DNA from: Eledone cirrhosa | Lineage: Eukaryota | Reading direction: 5' to 3' | Assembly: GCA_964016885.1 (NCBI GenBank) | Contig: OZ024753.1 | Coordinates: forward strand, 28,706,001-28,770,000 | DNA: 64,000 nucleotides | Shown: positions 1 through 13,254 of the stretch, piece by piece | How positions within the stretch are numbered: the stretch's first letter is position 1 | Layout: each line of letters begins with the position of its first letter | Program-made: the position numbers and the translations under genes | The notes under the pieces: model-generated | Database searches by the model: none | What the model saw: the letters and a program-made list of their open reading frames with translations, nothing else | What the model was told of the DNA's origin: nothing

Positions 1-2850
1 TTGCGATAAGTAATCATTAGACCTCTTAGGTATCATTCCTAGAGCGCCTACAACCACTGGTATTGTTTTAGTTCTCAATTTCCACATTTTTCCAATTTCT
101 ATCTCCAGGTCCTTATACTTGTCCAATTTTTCAAATGTTTTTATAGATACATTCTTGTCTATTGGAACGGACATATCAATTAGCAGGCATACCCTCTTTT
201 TAAAGTCCTTCAATATTATATCAGGTCTATTTGCATCTATTTTTCGGTCTGTTTGGTTGCTAAAGTTCCACAAGATTGAGATGTGATCTTTTTCAAGTAT
301 GGGAGGTGGTTGATGCTCCCACCAATTCTTTTGATGGGGCAGGTCAAAATGCTTACACATTATCCAATGTATGTATTGTGCAGCTCTGTCATGCCTGTTT
401 AGGTATTCGGTTGGAGCTATAGGACTGCACATTGGAATTATATGGTCAATGGTCTCTGGTTGTTTTTTACATACACGGCATAATGGGCTGCATCCATTTT
501 TTATTATGTTGGCTTGGTAATTTTTTGTTGGCAGACACTGATCTTGTGCTGATATAATCAGTCCTTCAGTCTCCGATTTCAGTCCAGAGGATGCCAACCA
601 CTGATGGGTTAAAGTTTTTTCAACATCAGGATTGTTAGCTTGTTCTGGGTATTTTCTATACAGAGGCTTTTCTTGCCATTTCTTAGCCAATTTCTGTAGC
701 AGTTCTTTCTTTGCAGTTACTTTTACCTGCTTTGCTTTTTCTGTGTTTTCCATTTCAGCAGTAAATGGGACTTCTGAAATTTGTAGTCCATTACTGTATC
801 TTTGTGCATCTTTTGTAATGGAGTATGATCTTTTGATGCTTTCGTGTTTCAAAACGAGTTTGATCATCCAATCATGTGATTCCCTTAGATATGTAGATAA
901 TCCAATTGTTGCAGTTTTCAACGCAATGTCTAACTGGATTAACCCACGTCCTCCTTCTTTCCTAGGGAGATATATTCTATCTGTATCTGCCTTAGGGTGA
1001 TGCATTCTGTGCATGGTTAAGAATTTTCGAATTTTTGTATCGAGCCTACGGATCTCTGTGCTTGACCAGTTGATGACATTGTAACTGTAGCTTACTACTG
1101 GTATGGCAAGCGTGTTTATGGCATCGATCCTATTCCTTGCATTCAATTCCGTTCTTAAGATTGCTCTTACTCTGCGGTAATTGTCGAGTGCTTGATTCCG
1201 TCTCCTTCACAAACACCTAGATATTTGTAAGTTTCTTCTTGATCAAGTTCTCTTATCACATTCCCCCGATCAAGATTAATGTCTGAACTTTTCAGCAGCT
1301 TTCCTCTGGTGAACGTTGCTTTGGTGCATTTATCTAGTCCAAACTCCGTTTTAATGTCATCACTGAATTGCTCCACAGTGGATAATAGCCCTTGCAATTG
1401 TTCATCATTTTTTGCAAATAGTTTCAGGTCATCCATGTAGAACAAGTGATTAATGGTTTTGTCATAGACTTTATATCCATGTTTTGTTTCATTGAGCATT
1501 TTACTTAATGGTATAAGTGCGATGCAGAATAAAAGCGGTGATAAAGAGTCACCCTGAAAAATTCCACAATTAATATTAACTTCTCCAGCTTCCAGTGATT
1601 TTGTTTCACTATTCAAAAGGAGTGTCGTTTTCCATGTCTTCATACTGAATGACAAAAACCTCCTGACAACGGGAGATATTTTGAAAATCTCTAAACATTT
1701 TTCAATCCAACTGTGTGGCAAACTATCGAATGCTTTTTTATAATCTATCCAAGCAATTGATAGATTTTTGTGTCTATTATGACAATCTTCCAGTATCATT
1801 TTGTTAACCAAAAGCTGATCCTTACAGCCATATGAGCCTCATTTACACCCTTTCTGCTCAATAGGAAATAGGTCATTTGTTATCAGGTGGTCATATGTAT
1901 ATTCAGTTAGGACTAATGTTAAAATTTTATACATTGTGGTCAAGCAAGTTATCGGTCTGTAATTATTGGGATTGTTTGTCTCATCATTCTTCGGAAGCAG
2001 GAATGTAATGCCATTAACTAGCCATGATGGTATCTTTTCTGGCTCCTTAACTATTTCATTGTAAAGTTGGGCTAACAGCTCATGAGACTCTGTGAAGGCA
2101 TTTATCCAAAAATTTTGTATTTTGTCTTTTCCTGGGGATTTCCATTTGCTGGTTTTTCTTAGAGTCAAACGCAACTGTTCAACTGTTATATTTTCCCATA
2201 TTTGTTCCTCAAGGTGAGCTGTATCTTTCATTTGTCTGTCTATCCATGGGGCATGTATATTATGAACTTTTTCTTCGGCCCAGATCTTTTCCCAGAATTC
2301 TTGCACTTCCTCCTTGGGTGGTATTGATTTAGCACTTATTGTTGACTTACCAATTTTTCTGTAGAAGTTTCTTTGGTTGTTTTTGAACATATTATTGTCC
2401 TTATAGAATCTAGATCGTTTTTCAAAGCGCCTTATACGAGCAGCTTTGGCCGACACTTTTTGCTTGATTATTTCTATCAGCATGTCTATGTCACTTGTTG
2501 ATTTTATACTGTACTTTCTTTTCAATTTTCTAAGTTTAGTTTGTTTAACATGTTCACCTACTTTATAGTTTGTTAAAATTTCTATGTCAGATCAGAGAAG
2601 GTTTATTTGGCGATTGATGTTCTCTTGCCAAGTAGATTTCTTGTGGGAATTCCTTTGTTTTTTCATCTTCACTCCACATAAGTGAGTGGTGACTTTAGCC
2701 AATGCATAATAGAGATGATTTAAATCAGTAATGCTTAGTTTGTTTGTGATGATAATGTTTTTGAGAATTATGTTAGTCTTGTGTATTATCTTTTGGTTCT
2801 GTTTGGAGTTCTGGATCTTAGGGAGGGTGTCTCGTTCCCCCATGTCAGAT
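1..2850 (-). mobile_element. Decayed non-LTR retrotransposon with RT, CCHC knuckle and restriction-like endonuclease (R4/Dong-like); 5'-truncated, runs off the window start
   Basis: RT motifs NYRPITCL, AWIDYKKAFDS, GIFQGDSLSPLLF and HLFYMDDLKLF in ORFs 1839-2525 and 1167-1811. Manual minus-strand translation gives CRVCKKQPETIDHIIPMC (~427-480) and DANRPDIILKD..LLIDMSVP..EKLDKYKDL (~110-240). In-frame TGA stops at ~2592 and ~1839, and a deletion/frameshift near 1180. Confidence 0.93.
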
Positions 2851-3070
2851 TCTTCTTCTTCTTCTTCTTCTTCTTCTTCTTCTTCTTCTTCTTCTTCTTC
2901 TTCTTCTTTTTCCTCTTCTTCTTCTTCTTCTTTTCTTTTTCCTCTTCTTCTTCTTCTTCTTCTTTTTCCTCTTCCTCTTCTTCTTCTTCTTCTTTTTCCT
3001 CTTCTTCTTGTTGTTGCTGTTGCTGTTGCTGTTGTTGTTGTTGTTGTTGTCGTCGTCGTCATCATCATCA
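2850..3070. repeat. Compound trinucleotide microsatellite (TTC)n-(GTT/GCT)n-(GTC)n-(ATC)n
   Basis: Directly visible; abuts the 5' end of the R4/Dong-like element. Confidence 0.95.
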
Positions 3071-3550
3071 TGCCCCCAACTACAAAGAAGTTACTGCAAG
3101 TGAGAGGTGCTAAGTGTATCAGTAGTGAAACAACTTGTGTCAAGTAAGAGAGAAATGGAATCTACTAGAACATGTTTGAAATAATCATCTTCTTTAAGAT
3201 GTGAATCACTGAATGTTAGGAATCTATTCTAAATAACGCAGCAAGAATATTGAGGTAATTGTTGCTGTTGTTGTAGTTGTTGTAGTATGAAACTGAAGTT
3301 GATGCTTGAAACTGAGCTTTATTAATAAACTTCTGCTGATTTATTGATTATTCCATTATTATACTAGAATTTACCAATGGGTGTGTGTATGTGTGTGTGC
3401 GTACGTGTGTGTGTGTCCGTCCTGAAACTTTCAGACTCTCTTCCTGCTATTTCAAGCGTTAAACAAATATATTTCTTTCAAGTACTACGCTGTAAGTTTT
3501 GTTATTTTTGTTTACCTTTTGCACCCACATACATACATATATATATATAT

Positions 3551-3584
<34 letters not shown>

Positions 3585-3659
3585 ATATATGTGTATATAT
3601 GTATGTATGTATGTATATATATGTATAAATATATATATGTATATATATGTATATCTCTT

Positions 3660-3700
<41 letters not shown>

Positions 3701-3784
3701 GCATATAAATATAATAATATATATACACACATATATATATATATATATAACTTCTCTTTAGAAAACAGTGAGTGAAATTTGAAA

Positions 3785-3992
3785 ATTGAATTAGAAAATT
3801 TTACTGTAACTTTGACTAAATAAAATAGTCTAAAAGTTACAGTGTGTTATAAACCCATTGAATGGGAAAAGATGGGCATCAGTTCACATGTGAACTGATG
3901 CTCATCTTTATCTGTTCACTGGGTTTATAACACACTGTTATTATTAAACTATTTTATTTAGTCAAAGTTACAGTAAAATTTTCTAATTCAAT
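3785..3992. repeat. Spacerless imperfect palindrome (fold-back element), ~104-bp arms
   Basis: Centre CAGTTCACATGTGAACTG at 3888/3889; arms reverse-complementary with a few substitutions; TA tracts nearby on both sides. Confidence 0.9.
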
Positions 3993-4363
3993 ATATATAT
4001 AAACAAATAGTAGGAAGGAAAAAGATTTTTTCGGTAGAAAATGTTGAAGAGATGTTTTCAGTAAAATATCAAAACATTAATTTATTTACGATATCAGTTG
4101 CAGCATTATATGCATTGTCAATTGCGGATATGCAGAATATTGTTAAGTTGCATATTTGTACAAATAGTGATAATAATAATTATTAAAAAATTATAAAAAG
4201 GGGAAGAAAAATTAATTTTCACATACATGTTCATTCAGAGAAGAGGGTTCATTTCTCCGTCCATCCTTCTCTGCTAATAGCTATATATATATATAAGTTT
4301 ATCCCAGGTTCAATCAGAGGTAACCACGGTAAGTAAGGTACTCAATACAAAGCAGAGTATAAA

Positions 4364-4498
4364 TATTTAATATAGAAATGGCTACTACAGGACTAGAACT
4401 ATTTCATTCGGGAGAAATCATCAGGAAGCTCAGCTTCCTGATGATTTCTCCCGAATGAAACAGTTCTAGTCCTGTAATAGCCATTTCTATATTAAATA
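4364..4498. repeat. Fold-back element with degenerate hammerhead core
   Basis: 67-bp arms around a 1-nt centre at 4431; CTGATGA 4438-4444, GAAA 4457-4460, ACAG/CTGT stem followed by A. Confidence 0.85.
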
Positions 4499-5615
4499 TA
4501 TATATATATTGGGTACACATACATATATAGTGTCCCAAAAAAATGGATACATATTTCAACGGCATTCTAATAAATATCTATCTATCTATCTATCTAGTGG
4601 TGTCTCCCCCTATTGGGGATTTTGATTGTTATATTTGTTTGTTTCATGTTTTTACACGATTGTATGTAAAATCCCTGGCATGTGTCTTTGTTTTGTCCCC
4701 TTTTCTTGTGTGCCCTTGTGGCTAATAAAGAAATATATCTATCTATCTACCTATCTATCTGTCAATCTATCTATCTATCTATCTGTCAATCTATCTATCT
4801 ATCTATCTATTTGTTTATCTGTCTGTCTGTCTCTACCCCCCCCCCCCCCTCTCCCTCTCTATTCTCACCATCCCCAAAACTTCACAAGAGCTATCCAAGG
4901 AATGGTGATGGTGTTAAACTAGGAGCTATTTGAAATATACCTGCTCTTCCCCCCACTCACACACACTCACACACACATACACAGACTGGTTTCAAAACCC
5001 CTTGATATATCTAACATTCCTGATCCAGTCTGGTATACCTAATGCATAATTTTCTTCTCTTTTCATCATGCTTATAATATCTCACCTTTCAGACCCTGCA
5101 AAACATCATTTTTCTTAATCACCCCCCACAAACTGTAGCATCTATAATTCTTTTCCTGTAGGTATTGACTTACACAAGTTCAAACTAAATGCCAATTGCA
5201 GTGTTTTCACCACTCTGATAGGGTCTACAAATATTCTTGCTGCTGAAACATACTTAATCATCTCTGACTAATTATTTGAAGGTCAAAGGTTGTGGCTGCT
5301 AAAATTTATTCACTCACCTCTGATTAATTAGTTAAAGATCAAAGGTTGTGACTGCTGGAATCTACCAAAAGGAAAAAAAGAAAGAGAAAAAAATTAAATA
5401 GTCAAAGTAATGGAAAAGGAGAGGGAGCAGCAGAATGTGCACCCTAGTCTAGTGGGTGTATCTTAGATGTGCCTTGCAAACAGAATGGGGAAAGCATTGT
5501 CATGAAGAACAGCCAGTGACACCTGCGGCATCAGCCATTCCACCCGACAAGGTTCCACCCTCACATGGGATGCACTCCTCCTGAATTTGTGGGAATAAAA
5601 TGGCATTTCAAACTA

Positions 5616-6352
5616 AGGACACCAGAGGTCTTCACAGTGACTGGTATATTCAGGGACCAAGGATACCAGAGGTCTTAACAGTGACTGGTATATTCAGGGA
5701 CCAAGGATACCAGAGGTCTTAACAGTGACTGGTATATTCAGGGACCAACGATACCAGAGGTCTTCACAGTGACTGGTATATTCAGGGACCAAGGATACCA
5801 GAGGTCTTAACAGTGACTGGTATATTCAGGGACCAAGGATACCAGAGGTCTTAACAGTGACTGGTATATTCAGGGACCAACGATACCAGAGGTCTTATGA
5901 GTGACTGGTATATTCGGGGATCAAGGACACCAGAGGTCTTAACAGTGACTGGTATATTCAGGGACCAAGGATACCAGAGGTCTTAACAGTGACTGGTATA
6001 TTCAGGGACCAACGATACCAGAGGTCTTAACAGTGACTGGTATATTCAGGGACCAACGATACCAGAGGTCTTATGAGTGACTGGTATATTCAGGGATCAA
6101 GGACACCAGAGGTCTTAACAGTGACTGGTATATTCAGGGATCAAGGATACCAGAGGTCTTAACAGTGACTGGTATATTCAGGGACCAAGGACACCAGAGG
6201 TCTTAACAGTGACTGGTATATTCAGGGACCAAGGATACCAGAAGTCTTAACAGTGACTGGTATATTCAGGGACCAAGGACACCAGAGGTCTTAACAGTGA
6301 CTGGTATATTCAGGGACCAAGGATACCAGAGGTCTTAACAGTGACTGGTAGA
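5616..6352. repeat. 44-bp minisatellite, ~16-17 copies
   Basis: Unit GGACCAAGGATACCAGAGGTCTTAACAGTGACTGGTATATTCAG recurs every 44 bp (5651, 5695, 5739...); no unique spacers. Confidence 0.95.
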
Positions 6353-6376
6353 TTCAACTGTTTCATTATTATTATT

Positions 6377-8130
6377 TGGCAGTATCGGTAGTGCGTCAGA
6401 CATGCTTCGCAGGAATTAGTTATGGCCCTTTACAGTCTAAGTTCAAATCCTGCCAAGGTTAGCTTTGTCTTTCATCCTTATGGGAGCAATAAAATAAAGC
6501 ACCACTATAGCACTGGGGTCGATTTAACCAACTTCCCCTCCTCTTCAAATTGCTGGCCTTGTGCCTATATCAGAAACTATTATTATTATCCATATAAGGG
6601 CAGTGGTTTGGCAGTATCGGTAGAGGGTCGGATGCCATGCTTTGATGCATAGAGTTACGTCCCTTTACGTTCTGAGTTCAAATCCCGTCGAGGTTGACTT
6701 TGTCTTTTATCCTTACGGGGTCGATAAAATAAAGTACCAGTAATGTACTGGGATAATTGCTGGCCTTGTGCCAAAAGTAGAAACAATTATTATCCTTATA
6801 AGTATCAATATTATTATTAATTTTAGTAGTGGATTGGCAGTATCGGTAGAGGGTCGGATGCTATGTTTTTCAGCATAGAGTTTCGTCCCTTTACGATCTG
6901 ATTTCGAATCCCGCCGAAGTTAACTTTGCCTTTCATCCTTACGGGGTCGATAAAATAAAGTACTAGTCATGCACTGGGGTCGATTTAATCGACTTCTCCC
7001 TCCCCCAAAATATGCTGGCCTTGTGTCTATAGAAGAAACCATTACTATTATGGGCAGTATCAGTATAAGGTCCGACGCCATGTTTTGCAGCATAGAGTTA
7101 CGTCCCTATACGGTCTGATTTCAAATCTCGCAAAGATTAACTTTGCCTTTCATCCTTACGGGGGTCGATAATATAAAGTACCAGTAATGCACTGGGATAA
7201 TTGCTGGCTTTGAGCCAAAAGTAGAAACATTATTATTACGGTGAATTGGCAGTATCGGTAGAGGGTCTATCCTCTCCAGCAGAATTACGTCCCTTTACGA
7301 TCTGAGTTCAAATCCCGCCGAGGTTAACTTTGCCTTTCATCCATACAGAGGTCGATAAAATAAAGTACCAGTAATGTACTGGTTAATTTCTGGCCTTGTG
7401 CCAAAAGTAGAAACAATTATTATTATTATAAGTGCAGAATCAGTAGAGCGTTGGACAAAATGCTTTTCAGGATATTGTTACTGCGCTCTACATTCTGAGT
7501 TCAAATCCCGCCGAGATTAACTTTGCTTTTCATCCTTACAGCGTCGATAAAATAAAGCACCAGTAATAAACTGGGGGTCGATTTAATCGACTTTCACCTC
7601 CTCCAAAATTGCTGGCCTTGTGCCTATAATAGAAACAATTATTTCATATGTTCACCTTTGCCTTCTTTCTGTTTTTCTTCTTCTTCTTATGTCAGCAGGT
7701 AAGTACATAACTACCAACAGAGACACAACTGCTGTTAGAAGGAAAAGAAAACACACAAAAAAACAAAAACAATATCAAAACATCATCATCATCATCATCA
7801 TCATCGTCGTCAATAACAACAACAACAATAACATTTGCAGTATTGATTTTAACAAGAATAAGAATTTTAACACAATAAGAAATTCAACATTCTAAAACTG
7901 AAATAGAACGTACTCCTGATGTAGTTATATCATCATCATTCTTGTCATCATTATTAGTATAGGTAGAGGGTCGGATGCCATGCTTAGCAGCATAGAGTTA
8001 CGTCCCTTTGCGTTCTGAGTTCAAATCCCGCCAAGGTCAACTTTGCCTTTCATCCTTACAAGGTCGACAAAATAAAGTACCAGTAATGCACTGGCATAAT
8101 TGCTGGCCTTGTGCCAGAAGTAGAAACAAT
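6377..8130 (+). mobile_element. Cluster of ~7 head-to-tail copies of tRNA-derived SINE family A
   Basis: Each copy has an A-box-like TGGCAGTATCGG, B-box GAGTTCAAATCC, core GCCTTTCATCCTTACGGGGTCGATAAAATAAAGTACCAG and tail GGCCTTGTGCCAAAAGTAGAAAC(AAT/TAT)n. Starts at ~6377, 6600, 6830, 7053, 7240, 7430 and 7960. Confidence 0.9.
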
Positions 8131-8479
8131 TATTATTGTCATCATCATCATCATCATTATTGTCATCATCGTCATCATCATCGTCATCATCATCATCATT
8201 GTCATCATCATTATCATCATCATTGTCATCAATCACTACTACTACTATCACTACCACTACAACTGCTGCTATTGCAACCTCCTCCTACTACTACTACTAC
8301 TACTGCTACCACTACAACTGCTGCTATTGCTCTCCCCCCTACTACTACCACCACCACCTCTGCCACTGCTGCTACTACTGCTACCACGTGGTAGTGATGG
8401 TGGAGGGTGGTTCTTCCAATTCACAGCTGTTAGCTTAACACTGATGTGTTGGATCACATGACATCTATCTGTCCTAATG

Positions 8480-9130
8480 ATACAGTTTTAGAGAGAGAGA
8501 GAGAGAGAGGAGGATGTGATGTCATGTTAGACTGTGAGTTTGGAGAGGGAGAGAGGAGATAGAGAGAGAGTGAGAGAAAGTGAGAAAGTTTCTGAGGGGA
8601 GAGAGAGAGATATGGAGGCTGTGATGTTATGTTAGACTGTGAGTTTGGTGAATGAAGAGAGAGAGTGAGAGAGAGAGAGAGAGAGAGAAGGAGAGAGAGA
8701 GATAGGGGAGTGAGATAGAGAGGGACTGAAAGAGAGGGAGATAGAGAGGGAGAGAGTGAGTGAGAGAGAAGGAGAGAGAGAGATATGGAGGCTGTGATAT
8801 TATGTTAGACTGTGAGTTTGGTGAATGAAGAGAGAGAGAGTGAGAGAGAGAGAGAGAGGAGAGAGATAGGGGAGTGAGATAGAGGGGGAGTGAAAGAGAG
8901 GGAGAGAGTAATAGAGGGAGAGAGTGAGTGAGAGAGAAGGAGAGAGAGATAGGGGAATGAGAGAGAGGGAGTGAAAGAGAAGGAGAGGGTGATAGAGGGA
9001 GAGAGAGAGAGAGTGAGAGGTAGCCAGTATGAGATTACAGTGACATTGATATAAAGATAGATAGATAGATGGACAGGCAGGCTTAGATAAACAAATAGAT
9101 AGATAGATGGATAGATAGATAGATAGATAC
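8480..9130. repeat. GA-rich low-complexity tract with three repeated TGTTAGACTGTGAGTTTGG anchors, ending in (GATA)n
   Basis: Anchors at ~8525, 8630 and 8802. Confidence 0.85.
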
Positions 9131-9439
9131 ACAGAGACACATGGATAGCTAAATAGATAAAAGGATATAGAGTGATAGTACAGGAGTAGTAGTAAAAGCA
9201 ACCATAAAATAAATTCTGTGTAGAAGTAGTTGATATCTTCTGTTACCTAGGTGACTAACATGGTAGTAGAGAAGATTGTATGAAAGAATAGTAGCTGGGG
9301 TAAGAATGAGCGGGAAAGTTTCAGTAAACGAATTAATTCTGCTGACAATAAGTGAGTCTCTCTTAAAGGGGTGGGGATTGGTTGTATATCGCTGGTGTAC
9401 ATAGTGAACTGTTGCATAATATGAAAACATGTGCATTGT

Positions 9440-9765
9440 ATGTGGAGCATGTGTGATGACTGTAGAGGAATGAAGCTAATAATGTGGAATGTGTGTGGTA
9501 GCTGTAGAGGAATGAAGCTAATAATGTGGAGTATGTGTGGTGGCTGTAGAGGAATGAAGGTAACATTGTGGGGGCTGTAGAGGAATGAAAATAACAATGT
9601 TGAGTATATGTGGTGGCTGTAGAGGAATGAAGATAACAATGTGGAGTATGTGTGGTGGCTGTAGAGGAATGATGCTAACAGTGTGGAGTATGTGTGGTGG
9701 CTGTAGAGGAATGACGCTAACAGTGTGGAGTATGTGTGGTGGCTGTAGAGGAATGAAGCTAACAT
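9440..9765. repeat. 42-bp minisatellite, ~8 copies
   Basis: GTAGAGGAAT recurs at 9661, 9703 and 9745; explains the 14-aa periodic ORFs. Confidence 0.92.
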
Positions 9766-10101
9766 GCTATTCTGGTTGTGTAATGTTAGTATGAATAAAT
9801 GATGAGGTTCAGATGATTAGAATTTAAGAGGTAACTAGGGCAGTATGTGAGACAGTAGACTTTGTTAGTACATTAGTACAGGTGTGTCAGGTGTATAGTA
9901 TGTCAGAGATTAGATTGTGTTGATACACTAGTACAGGAGTTTTGTCTGATGATCCAGTGAGTGCATAGGTGAAACTCAAGAGTAACAAGGCTCACTACTT
10001 AGATATAATAAATGAATATTCAAACTCTACTTCAGTATTAAGTACTTTTTTTCACATCCGTCAATAATATATATCCGTCAAAAACAGATTCAAGATATAT
10101 G

Positions 10102-10133
<32 letters not shown>

Positions 10134-11149
10134 CATATATTTGTGTGTGTGTGTGTGTGTGTGTGTTAAGTATTTTCGTAGGAAAAGTAAAGGAAAGAAG
10201 AGTGCTCTATGCATTGTAGAGAGCTATTTAATTACATAATAAACAACACAACATAATCATTTCATTACTGAAGGTTTCAAGAAACTAGATGATTCTTGCA
10301 AGAAACATTTAGCTCGTTCATCAGACAAAACAATTATCTAAGTAAATCAATATATATATATATATGTATAGTAAAAGACCAATAATTTTTAAAAAGCTGG
10401 TACAATATGGTAGAAAAATATGAAGGGCAAATGATGACAAATAAAACAAAACAGAACAAAGTAATGTTTTACCCAGTGTTTTAGCATGATATTTAAGGGC
10501 TATTACCCTCTTTTCAGATGTCAAGCTGAAACAGTTCAAAACAAAATTCTTGCCATTGGCCAATTTAAATTATTACCTTTGGTTCATTTCTTGTAATTTT
10601 GCAAATTATACTTGACCAAAAATATTTGCAACTCATTTTCTATTTGTGAAAATCTATGTCCACTGATTATACTGATTATAGTTTGTTAAGAAGACAGTAC
10701 TTCACAGACGCTGTCTAATAAGATTGAAATATGTTTATAGTTGTCATTTTGCCAGCTAATAAAGATCAGATTTCTCTTAGGTATGAACATAGAATTTTCT
10801 GTAAAATTAATTCTCAGCAGAGCTGTTCTGCTTCTCGGCAAAGCTTTTCTTCTAGAGAATGGGTCACATGAGGGGGGATAGTGATATGGCCACCAGATAT
10901 CATGGCTAGTTGCGATATAAGCAGGCAACTGCCAGATGAATAAGCAACCCCGGACCAACAGTGGTAAACTACTAGGGGATATGGAACAATGGGAGACACC
11001 TGTAGCTTCCAAGAAAACTTTAACAACTCAGTGACATAGCTATGACGAGGTGAGTAAAGGTTACCTCTAAAAAACCCTAGTCTTTGCAGGTTTGATAAAA
11101 GTACCAGATTGGTGACTGGCGCAAATAAGACCACTGAAACTGCAACTGT

Positions 11150-11285
11150 CCTCTTCAGCACAGCATCTCTCCACTTTCCACAGTATTTCATCGTCTTTGT
11201 GAGCTTCAGCGATCTGAGGTCAGCCTGTCACCACCTCCAACCATGTTTCTATGGTCTTCCTCTACTGCATCTTCCTTCCACTGGG
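11150..11285 (-). mobile_element. Degenerate RTE LINE 3' fragment
   Basis: Reverse complement resembles 18235-18365 (KWRDAVL region). Confidence 0.65.
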
Positions 11286-12075
11286 AATATGGTGAAGAAA
11301 TATTCCTTGATATCATCTCCGTTTTCTTTAAGAATCCCTAACAATAACTACAAGGATTTCTGTTTTTGGTTTGGATTTTTCTTCTTCCAACTAAAAGGAA
11401 AATTTCAATTCATTAAGAATTTTTTATGTGCAATATTCAGTACATCCTTTGTACCTGAATTATTTGAATTCGTGGCATTGGCACACTTGAGTTATTTCCC
11501 TTAACTTACTCTCTAATAATTAAAGAACTAAAGAACACGACACTCCTTAAAGATGAAAAAAAATGTACAATGGTGACCCAGTAGGTTATAAAGGATGAAG
11601 AACAGTCTCTCTTTCTCACTCTCTCCCTTAATTTCACTCTCTCTCTCTCTCTATCTCTCTCTCTGTATAACTTATGTGAATGAGATATTTCCTGGTGTTT
11701 AGTAGTTATAATAGTTGTGGTGTTGTTGTTGTTGGTGGTGATGGTGGTGTTAGTATTAGCAGTAGTAATAGTAGTATTTAGAGAATATTTAGAAAACTAG
11801 TAGAGAGAGTGCTTTAGCTACAGTCACTGATTGCTAATGGTATTGTAACATAAGAGAAAAGCTGGTCATCGCTAAGGGAAGCCATTAGAGGATGGTTGCA
11901 ATTTCTGACAACTTGCTCTAGGGCTGACTTCATTACAAGGAATAAGTGATAAATAAGCACATAAATATGATCATAAACACACACACACATGCACATACAT
12001 ATATGCATACATCATCATCATCATCGTTTAACGTCCGTGTTCCATGCTTGCATGGGTTTGGACGGGATATATATA

Positions 12076-12419
12076 TCATCATCATCATCATCATTTCATT
12101 TTACGTCCGCTTTTCCCTGCTTGCAAGGGTGAGACGGGAACTGATTCTGGCTTGATTTCTACAGCTGGATGCCCTTCCTAACACCAACCTCATTTACAGT
12201 GAGTGCTGGGTACTTTTTTGCCGTGGCACCTACACGACCACTTTGCAGTGGAATGATAAGGACCTCAGTCCCTATCATCTCATTTCTACAGCTGAGTAAA
12301 CTGGAGCAATTTGAAATAAAGTGTCTTGCTCAAGGAAACAACACACCACCCGGTCTGAGAATTGAACTCACAACCTTTCGATTGCAAGGCCAATGCTCTA
12401 ACCACTAAGCCATGTGCCT

Positions 12420-12422
<3 letters not shown>
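12076..12422 (-). mobile_element. Full-length tRNA/CORE-type SINE (family B) with RTE-derived 3' end and (ATG)n tail
   Basis: Minus strand shows A-box TGGCTTAGTGG, B-box GAGTTCAATTC, CORE-like CCTTGAGCAAGACACTT..CTCCAGTTTACTCAGCTGTAGAAATGAG, then GGAAGGGCATCCAGCTGTAGAAA and CCCTTGCAAGCAGGGAAAAGCGGACGTAAAATGA. Confidence 0.9.
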
Positions 12423-12455
<33 letters not shown>

Positions 12456-13212
12456 CATGCTTGCATACATACATACACACATACCTACATACATTCATCC
12501 ATACATACATGCATCCATACATACCTACATACACACATATATAATACACACAACCATACATTCATATATATATACACACATAGTTAGATTACTTTAATTT
12601 AATGCCTGTAAGCATAACTTTTCAATTCCAATTCATGTGACAAGGTGAGTGTGATATGTAAAACTGGAGGTTTGTTGTTTATTCTAATTTTTTGTATGAG
12701 GGGGTCCCTAAACCTGAAGAGCCTCGGGGCCCCCAAAGTCTAAATCTGGCCCTGTATGTCTCCCACTCATTCCAGGCAAACAACATATAGCCTATACCCT
12801 TCTCACAAGTTATATCCTCCCTCTATATCCCATCATCACTGCCCCAGATTAACAGCATCCTAGTATTGCAATGAGGTAGTGCTGGTGCCATGATAAAAAG
12901 CACCCAGTTCACTCTGGTTGAAAAGTTACTCAGTCTGCACAGTAAGACAGCTTGTAGTGCCATGCCAATCGATATAAGAAAGGGTAACGAAAGAGAGATC
13001 TTAGTACTGTTAACGTGTGGGTGGAATTACTGAGATTAAAATATGAACTGGCTGAAAACATATGGAGCATAGCATGGTTCTATATAGTCTTGATAGCCAT
13101 ATGCTCAATTGAGTTGTCTGAACTGTTGAGACAAGATTGTGAAAATTTAGCTGCAACCATATGTTGTAAATTTATTTATGTTCCAGTTAAGTCAATTGAC
13201 AGTCTTAGTCAG

Positions 13213-13254
<42 letters not shown>

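Noticed and set aside
2592-3143. 183-aa ORF with poly-T/R/E tracts as a host protein
   Set aside because: Microsatellite read in frame into the truncated retroelement.
5616-6352. CRISPR-like array (regular repeats with an internal palindrome)
   Set aside because: Units are contiguous with no unique spacers, there are no cas genes, and the context is eukaryotic.
9247-9794. Repetitive-protein ORFs with a 14-aa period
   Set aside because: Explained by the 42-bp minisatellite being open on both strands.
12350-12422. tRNA gene (Cys-like anticodon loop)
   Set aside because: No proper acceptor stem, and it is fused to CORE and RTE tails in multiple copies, so it is a SINE head.
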